Origin: Blastocladiella emersonii ATCC 22665
Taxonomy: Eukaryota; Fungi; Blastocladiomycota
Direction: 5' to 3'
DNA: 64,000 nucleotides
NCBI GenBank assembly: GCA_025594325.1
Contig: JANHCV010000001.1
Location: 5,022,001 to 5,086,000 of the forward strand
Shown here: positions 57,459 through 64,000 of the stretch, piece after piece
Position numbering within the stretch: the stretch's first letter is position 1
How the letters are laid out: each line of letters opens with the position of its first letter
Notes under the pieces: model-generated
Told to the model about the DNA's origin: nothing
Databases searched by the model: none
Seen by the model: the letters and a program-made list of their open reading frames with translations, nothing else
Position numbers and translations under genes: made by a program

Positions 57459-60389
57459 TTAGATGTACGGGAACGCGGCAAACTCAGCAACCCGACTCAG
57501 CTCGCGCGTCCGCGCATCGTCCTCCTCCTCGTCCCCCTCATCCTCGCCGTCGTACTCGCCGTCCTCCTCGCCCTCGTACTCGTCGTCGTAAGACTCCTCC
57601 CCCTCCTCAAAGTACTCCTCGCCCTCGATCCCGAGCCCGGCGTCGGCCGCGTCGATGGCGTCGGGGTCGCCGAGCCCGTCGCCGTCGGTATCCTCGTCGT
57701 CGTCCTCGAGCCCGGGCACGTCGATGGGCACCGCGGGCAGCTCGCGGCGCCAGTACGACCAGTCGTTGAACTGGGCGTCGAACCCGCGCGTGCCGACGGC
57801 CGGGAAGATCTGGTCGACGAGGTGGTTGAGGTCGAGGTACGTCGCGCGGTACCCCTCGAGCAGCTCGCGCTTCACCTCGCCGGCGGGGTTGATGGTGAAG
57901 ATGCGCGAGGTCGGGACGCCGACGGCGCGGTACGAGTACGCGTCCGTGTGCCGGTTGCCGAACCCGGCGTAGAACGGGTGCTTGGTGTCGGGGGAGAAGA
58001 GGGCGCGGATGTCGCGGAGACAGGCGACCTTGAACTCCTCGGGGCGGCGCTGGATCACCTCGCGGGTGAATGCGGCGACGAGGCGGTCGGGCGACAGGAA
58101 CACGGGACCGTCGGGCAGCTGGTACTGGCCCTGCTCGACCTTGTTGAGGTAGTTGCGCGTGTACTGGGCCTGGCCGATGGCGCGCGACGTCAGGTACAGC
58201 ATCTGGTACCCGTTCTTGCGCACCCCCGTGTACAGCGACGCCACGCCCGAGTGCGTCCAGTCGCGCCCGACCATGGTGAACAGGTGCCCGAGCGCGTCCG
58301 ACTTGGTGATGGTCCCGTCAATGTCCGAGATCACCACCTGTTCCGTCGACGACCACAGGAAGATGCGGCTGTGGCACACGGCCGCGCCCTGCAGCCCGCT
58401 CGTCACCGTGAACGTGACGTGGTTCGGCCCGGGCTGCAGGCCCAGCGACTTGAGCTGCTCGGACGTCAGTCGCAGCGTCTTGAGGTAGTGCTTGGCGGGC
58501 GCGACGCCCATCGCGAGCTCCGAGTCCGACACGGCGCCCTCGTCGCCCGAGCTGTTGGCGGCAGCCGCAGCGGCAGCGGCCGCAGCACCGGCGCTCGAGT
58601 CGAGCACGTCGGACGCCGACTGCGACCGGACGGGCGGGGACCCGGCGTTGGCATTGCCGACCTTGAGCAGGCCGTCGGCGGACTCGCCGCCCGAGATGGC
58701 GGGCATCGCGGTCTGCGCGCGGGACTCGTGGGTAAGCCGCGGCCCGTTCCCGGTGCCGGGCGTGGGCGGGTCGTCGTGGAACCCGCCGAGGGCAGGAACC
58801 CCGCGGTTCGCGGCCTTGTCCTCGCGGGAGCTGCGGGACCACCACGAACGCCACGCGCTGCGGCGCGACCCGGCGGACGAAGTCGCAGGCGGCGGGGTGG
58901 CGGGCGGGGCGGCGGCGAGCAGCGTGTCGACGGTGGCCGAGGGGAGCGCGCGGTTGAAGGCGAGCATGGCGACGAGCATGGGCCCGGCGACGGACCACGG
59001 GTAGAACTGGCGGTCCATGCGCACGACCAGGTCGCGCGACGCGAGCAACTTTGCGGGCTGCGAGACAAACTGGTCGTACGTGATGCGCTTGGCGTCAAAG
59101 TCGGCGTCGGTCAGGTCCTTGCGGTAGCCCGCGAGGGAGACCTCGATGGGGCCCTCCTGCTGCGGCTGCTGCGGCGCGTCGAGGGCGCGTGACATGGCGG
59201 CACCGTCCTGCGAGTCGCCGGCGGCGGCGGCGGTCGCGACGAGCTCCGGGTTGGACGGCGACGCCGAGATGGTGCCGTCGGGCAGCGCGCGCGAGGTCGA
59301 CGGCGTCGGGTCAGTCTTGACGGGCATCTTGCCCCAGCCCCAGCTCCACTTGTTGGCGTTGGACGCGGACGAGGGCGAGGCGGACGAGCCGAGCTCGTGG
59401 TACTCGAGCTCCGTGTCGCTGAGCGCGCTCTGGTGCGCCTTGGCCTGCTGGATGCGGGTCTCGACCTCGAGCTCCGTGTCCGAGAAGGGGTGGACGTCTG
59501 CGAGGCAGGGGATGTTAGTGCTGCTCGCACGGATCAGTGACCCCCAAAAAAGCGTACCAGTGGTGGACGTCTCGCCGTCGACGGTGATGGCAACGTGGGG
59601 TGATGGCGGGAGGTCGATCTCGGCGACGACGGCGGCCTCCTGGTCCGAGAACTCGAACTCGGAGGCGCTGTGGTAGCCGCCGTTGACCGTCTCGTCGGCG
59701 ACGGTGACGGAGACCGAGTCCGGGTCGTTGGCGAGCACCGCCGTGACGGTTGTGGTCGTGGTGGTCGTCGTCGTGGCGGTCGCGGCGGCCGTGAAGTCGG
59801 TCGTTGTGGTCGGCGGCACCTCGCCGATCGGGGTATTGACGGCGGTCACGATGATGGGCTCCTCTTCCACGACAGTCTCGACGACCTCGATGATGGTCTG
59901 GGCGGGCGACTCGGACATGGGGATGGTGGTGGTGGTGACGGTGGTCTCGGGGCTGAGGTGGTCGACGTGCACGGTGTGCTCGGCGGGCGGGAGGGTGGCG
60001 GCGGAGAGCGATGCGCCGAGGTCAAGCGGCTCGAGCTCGTCGACGGCCGAGTCGGCGGTGGGCGGGGACGCCGAGGCGATGGGCGAGGTGGCGAGGTCGG
60101 TCGGGACGGGGTCGTCGGTCTCGACGACGAAGAAGGCCTCGCCGTGCTCGCCGACCTTCATCTGCACGTCGACGACCTTGTCGTTGACGCGCACCTCGAC
60201 CACCTTCTCGTGCGGGCGCAGCAGCTGCAGCTTGCCGAAGCGCACGTGGAACGGCGACGCGGCCATGGACCCGTCGGCGTGCTCGACGCACACAATGTCG
60301 ATGGACCCGGACAGCGTCGACGGGTTGATGTCCTTGTAGAAGTCGGTGACCGTCATGAGCAGCGACGTCACCTTGGACATCATCGACAT
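57459..60389 (-). CDS. PAH1: Lipin / phosphatidate phosphatase Pah1
   Basis: N-LIP (INPSTLSGSIDI...SPFHVRFGK), C-LIP with DIDGTITKSD, YLTSRAIGQA, FYAGFGNR; in-frame intron 59557-59498. Confidence 0.95.
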   Translation of the reverse strand: MSMMSKVTSLLMTVTDFYKDINPSTLSGSIDIVCVEHADGSMAASPFHVRFGKLQLLRPHEKVVEVRVNDKVVDVQMKVGEHGEAFFVVETDDPVPTDLATSPIASASPPTADSAVDELEPLDLGASLSAATLPPAEHTVHVDHLSPETTVTTTTIPMSESPAQTIIEVVETVVEEEPIIVTAVNTPIGEVPPTTTTDFTAAATATTTTTTTTTVTAVLANDPDSVSVTVADETVNGGYHSASEFEFSDQEAAVVAEIDLPPSPHVAITVDGETSTTGTLFWGSLIRASSTNIPCLADVHPFSDTELEVETRIQQAKAHQSALSDTELEYHELGSSASPSSASNANKWSWGWGKMPVKTDPTPSTSRALPDGTISASPSNPELVATAAAAGDSQDGAAMSRALDAPQQPQQEGPIEVSLAGYRKDLTDADFDAKRITYDQFVSQPAKLLASRDLVVRMDRQFYPWSVAGPMLVAMLAFNRALPSATVDTLLAAAPPATPPPATSSAGSRRSAWRSWWSRSSREDKAANRGVPALGGFHDDPPTPGTGNGPRLTHESRAQTAMPAISGGESADGLLKVGNANAGSPPVRSQSASDVLDSSAGAAAAAAAAAANSSGDEGAVSDSELAMGVAPAKHYLKTLRLTSEQLKSLGLQPGPNHVTFTVTSGLQGAAVCHSRIFLWSSTEQVVISDIDGTITKSDALGHLFTMVGRDWTHSGVASLYTGVRKNGYQMLYLTSRAIGQAQYTRNYLNKVEQGQYQLPDGPVFLSPDRLVAAFTREVIQRRPEEFKVACLRDIRALFSPDTKHPFYAGFGNRHTDAYSYRAVGVPTSRIFTINPAGEVKRELLEGYRATYLDLNHLVDQIFPAVGTRGFDAQFNDWSYWRRELPAVPIDVPGLEDDDEDTDGDGLGDPDAIDAADAGLGIEGEEYFEEGEESYDDEYEGEEDGEYDGEDEGDEEEDDARTRELSRVAEFAAFPYI

Positions 60390-60814
60390 GGCGGGCAGGC
60401 GGTGTGGAGCCCCGAGTCCGTCGGCGGCTAGCGGATGATGGTGGCGGTGCTGGGAGTGTGTGGGGGCGGCTGTCGCGCGAGGTTGTTGATGCGTAGCAGA
60501 TGTGTTACGTTGCTTTGGGGGAAAGGGAGAGAGAGCGAGGGCGTTGGGGGGCGTCGCTGCAAGGGACAGGCGACTCGCCGTGCAAGCGTCGACGTGGCGG
60601 CGCGAAACGCGTCGGCACGGTGGATGATGTCACGGTGATCTCACTGCGACGCGTCACATTTGGCGCGACGGGCGTGGCAGGCCGTCCACAGGATGCACAT
60701 CTCGAGCGCGTCTCACGGCCGGTCCGCGGGTCGCGACCGCTCGCTCGATCGAATCCAGCCGCCTCGACCCCCTCCCCTCGCACCCGCAACCTTTCGCTTA
60801 CACACACCCTTGCA

Positions 60815-63800
60815 ATGTCATCTTCGCGCTCGCGCCGGTCGGCCGCCGGTGGCGGGGCCAGCTCGCGGCTCGACAAGCTGCGCAGCCTGCGCGAGGTGCG
60901 CGACGGCGTCACGTCGCGCGAGGAGCAGTACCACGCCGGCGACGAGGACGACGCCGCCATCTACGACGAGGTCGACGACGAGGAGTTTGGCCGCATCCGC
61001 CGCGACCACCTGCGCCACGACAACTTCATCGTCGACGACGACGGCGGCGGCTACGGCAACGTGCTCGAGGACTGGGACCAGCCGCAGGAGTTTGACTCGG
61101 ACGACGACGAGGGCGGTGCCGCCGCGTCAAAGTCCAAGCGCGGCGCGGCCGCCGCCAAGGGGAAGGGCAAGGGCAAGGCCGCCGCGGCTGCTGCCGCCGC
61201 CGTCGCGACGGCACCGGCCAAGAAGCGCCCGCACGAGCAGTCCATTGCTGCCGCATTTTCCAAGGTCGAGGCCAAGGCTGCCATGGCGCCGCGGGTACGA
61301 TTGTATTCGTTGTGCACTTCGCCTCGCGCATGATTGACGCGTCTCGCCGCGTAGACGAAACCGGCGCCGAAACCGACGAGCAAGGACGAGTCGCAGTTCC
61401 TCGACAGCCTGCTCGCCGACATTGACTCGGCACCGACCGCCTCATCCTCCCTGCCGGCTGCGCGGACCGCGTCCCTCGCGTCCGACGCGCCGCGCAAGAA
61501 GCAGCGCCTGATCCCCAACTCGGTGCGCTCGGGCCTCGCTCCCGTCTCGGGCCCGCGTCCGTCGGCCGCGTCGCGCTCCACGCCGTTCGCATCGCGTCCC
61601 GACGCGTCCGCCGCCCTCCCGTCGGGCAGCCAGGACGACCTGAGCTTCACCTTCGAGGACCGCATGGACCTCGCCCTCAGCAGCGACGCGCCCACCGGCC
61701 TCGACGCCGATTTCGGCGACCTGCTCGACGACGACCACCGCCACCCCGTCGCACCAGCTCGGACCACGACGCCGAGCGCCGACCGCTTTGCCGGCGCCGC
61801 GATCCCGGCTTTCACGGACGACGCCGACGCCAACGCCATGGACGTGGATGCCGACGCGGATGCGGCCGTCAAGCCCGAGCCGGGCACCGCCGAGCCCGCC
61901 GTGCGCAAGATCTCGACCGTCAAGCCCAAGGTCAAGGTCAAGGCGCTCGACGTGCCGCTGTTCCCGACATCCAACTTTGTCCCCGTCGGCGCCGTCAACC
62001 CGGCCTCGGTCGTCGAGCCCGACGGCCGCCTGCTCATGTTCTACCTGGACGCGGCCGAGATCAACGGCGTCGTGTTCCTGTTCGGCAAGGTGCGCGCCAG
62101 TGCCGGCGCCGGTGAGCAGCGCGACCAGTGGGCCAGCTGCTGCGTCGCGGTGCGCGGCGTCGAGCGCAACATGTTCCTCCTGCCGCGCGAGTTCCGCACC
62201 AGCCCCGGCGGCGAGGTCTCGGACGCCGCTGTCGGACCAATGGACGTGTACTCGGAGTTTGACGCGATCCGCCGCCAGCACCGCATCGCGCGGTTCGCGT
62301 CCAAGTTCGTCGAGCGCAACTACGCCTTCGAGGTGCCCGGCGTCCCCGCCTCGGCGCAGTGGATGAAGATCGCGTACAGCTTCGACGACCCGGCGCTCCC
62401 CGCCGACCTCGCCGGCGAAACCTTCTCGCACGCGTTCGGCACCAACACGTCCGCGCTCGAGCTGCTCATCCTCAAGCGCAAGCTCATGGGCCCATGCTGG
62501 ATCGCTGTCGCCGACGCGGCCGTGACTGCGCCGTCCGTGTCGTGGTGCAAGGTCGAGTGCACCGTGACCGACCCCAAGTCCATCTCGGTGCTCAAGCAAC
62601 AGCCGCCCGCGCCGCCAATCACGCTCATGGCGCTGTCTATCAAGACCACGCTCAACGCCAAGAGCCAGCAGGAGATCCTCACGCTGACGACGCTGACCTA
62701 CACGGCGGGGCTCGAGGACACGGCGGCGCCGGCGCCCGTGCAGCAGATGATCCTGGTGCGGCCGCCAACCGCCGGCATGCCGCTGCACGTCTCGGGGCGC
62801 GACATCAAGCCGCACCAGTCGGAGCGCAGCCTGCTCAACCAGTTCATGGCCAACCTGCAGATGCAGGACCCGGACGTGCTCGTCGGGCACAACATCTGCG
62901 GGTTCGACGTGGACGTGCTCATGGCGCGGTTCAAGGTGCTCAACGTGACGCAGTGGTCCAAGATCGGCCGGCTGCGCCGCGGCCAGTTCCCGAAGTCGCC
63001 CGCGCAGTTCCGCGCCGCCGCGTCCGGCCGCCTGCTGCTCGACACGTACCTCGCCGCCAAGGAGTTCATCGGGTCGTCGAAATCCTACTCACTCAACTTC
63101 CTCGCCGAGGAGCACCTCAAGCACGCGCGCGCCGACCTCGACTTCGCGGCCGTGCGCCACCAGTTCGACGCCCCGCACACGCTCAACGCCCTGCTCCAGT
63201 ACACGGTCCAGGACTGCCTGCTCGTCGTCGCCCTCATGACCCACCTCCAATGCCTCTCGCTGTACAAGCAGATCGCCAACACGTGCGGGAGCGTCCTGTC
63301 GCGCACCATGGTCGGCGGCCGCGCCGAGCGCAACGAGTTCCTCCTCCTCCACGAGTTCCACGCCGCGAAATACGTCGTCCCGGACAAGCTGGCCTTTGGC
63401 AAGTCGGGCGACGCGGGCGCTGGTGCTGCTGGAGCGGGTCGCGCGGCGGCGGCTGCTGCGAGTGCGGCGGCACCCGTCGCGGGGCTCGACGGCGACGACG
63501 AGGACGAGGACGTGCAGGCCGAGGCGGCGGCCGCCGCGTTCGGGCCCGACGTCATTCCCACGCACGCCGCGGGCGGCAACAACAACAACGCGGCCGGCGG
63601 TAAGGGCAAGCGGCGCAAGCCGCAGTACGCGGGCGGTCTCGTGCTGGAGCCCAAGCGCGGGTTCTACGACTCGTACGTGCTGCTGCTCGATTTCCTGTCG
63701 CTGTACCCGTCGATCATCCGCGAGTACAACATCTGCTTCACGACGGTCAGCCGCACGCAGCTCGACGCGTCCGGGTTCCCGCCGCTGCCCAAGGCCGACG

Positions 63801-64000
63801 GCGAGGGGATCCTGCCGCGGCTCATCACGACGCTGGTGATGCGGCGGCGGCAGGTCAAGTCGCTCATGAAGTCGTGCACGCCCGCCGAGCACGCCCAGTA
63901 CAACATCCGCCAGCTCGCCCTCAAGCTCACGGCCAACTCCATGTACGGGTGCCTCGGGTTCTCCTTCTCGCGCTTCTACTGCAAGCCGCTCGCCGCCCTC
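60815..64000 (+). CDS. POL1: DNA polymerase alpha catalytic subunit (runs off the window end)
   Basis: DEVDDEEF..I...LRHDNFIVDDDGGGY; intron 61295-61354; FYLDA.E..GVVFLFGKV, FGTNTSALEL, GRAERNEFLLLHEF, YAGGLVLEPKRGFYD, QLALKLTANSMYGCLG. Confidence 0.96.

Overview
GC-rich, gene-dense eukaryotic DNA with short spliceosomal introns (mostly 55-80 nt; GTACGY/GTGCGT donors, CTGAC/CTAAC branch points, YAG acceptors). The mix of fungal-type genes (KEX1, Pex23/24-like, ECM1-like) with eL28, QTRT2, a short-tailed myosin I and a CNBD-type protein suggests an early-diverging, probably zoosporic fungus (inference). I reconstructed about 25 genes by hand. The housekeeping set is CCT4, RPN9, MIS12, CCR4, DJ-1, MRPS8, RPL28, QTRT2, PAH1 and POL1. 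Most interesting: (1) a Vps2/CHMP2-like ESCRT-III core whose Vps4-binding tail is replaced by a ubiquitin-like domain (42594-43713); (2) three 53-bp hairpin repeats in a gene-poor, lower-GC island, with mismatches favouring a minus-strand RNA stem (48016-49319); (3) a membrane-anchored, PLAT-less lipoxygenase-like protein with atypical metal-ligand spacing; (4) a prion-like/RRM/degenerate DEAD-box protein; (5) a spliced 72-aa secreted 8-Cys peptide missed by the ORF track; (6) an ADAM protease with an in-frame TAA; (7) a 6-nt micro-exon and a GC-AG intron in KEX1; (8) a long stem in the RPL28 5'UTR intron. All family assignments come from motif recognition by eye; no searches were run.
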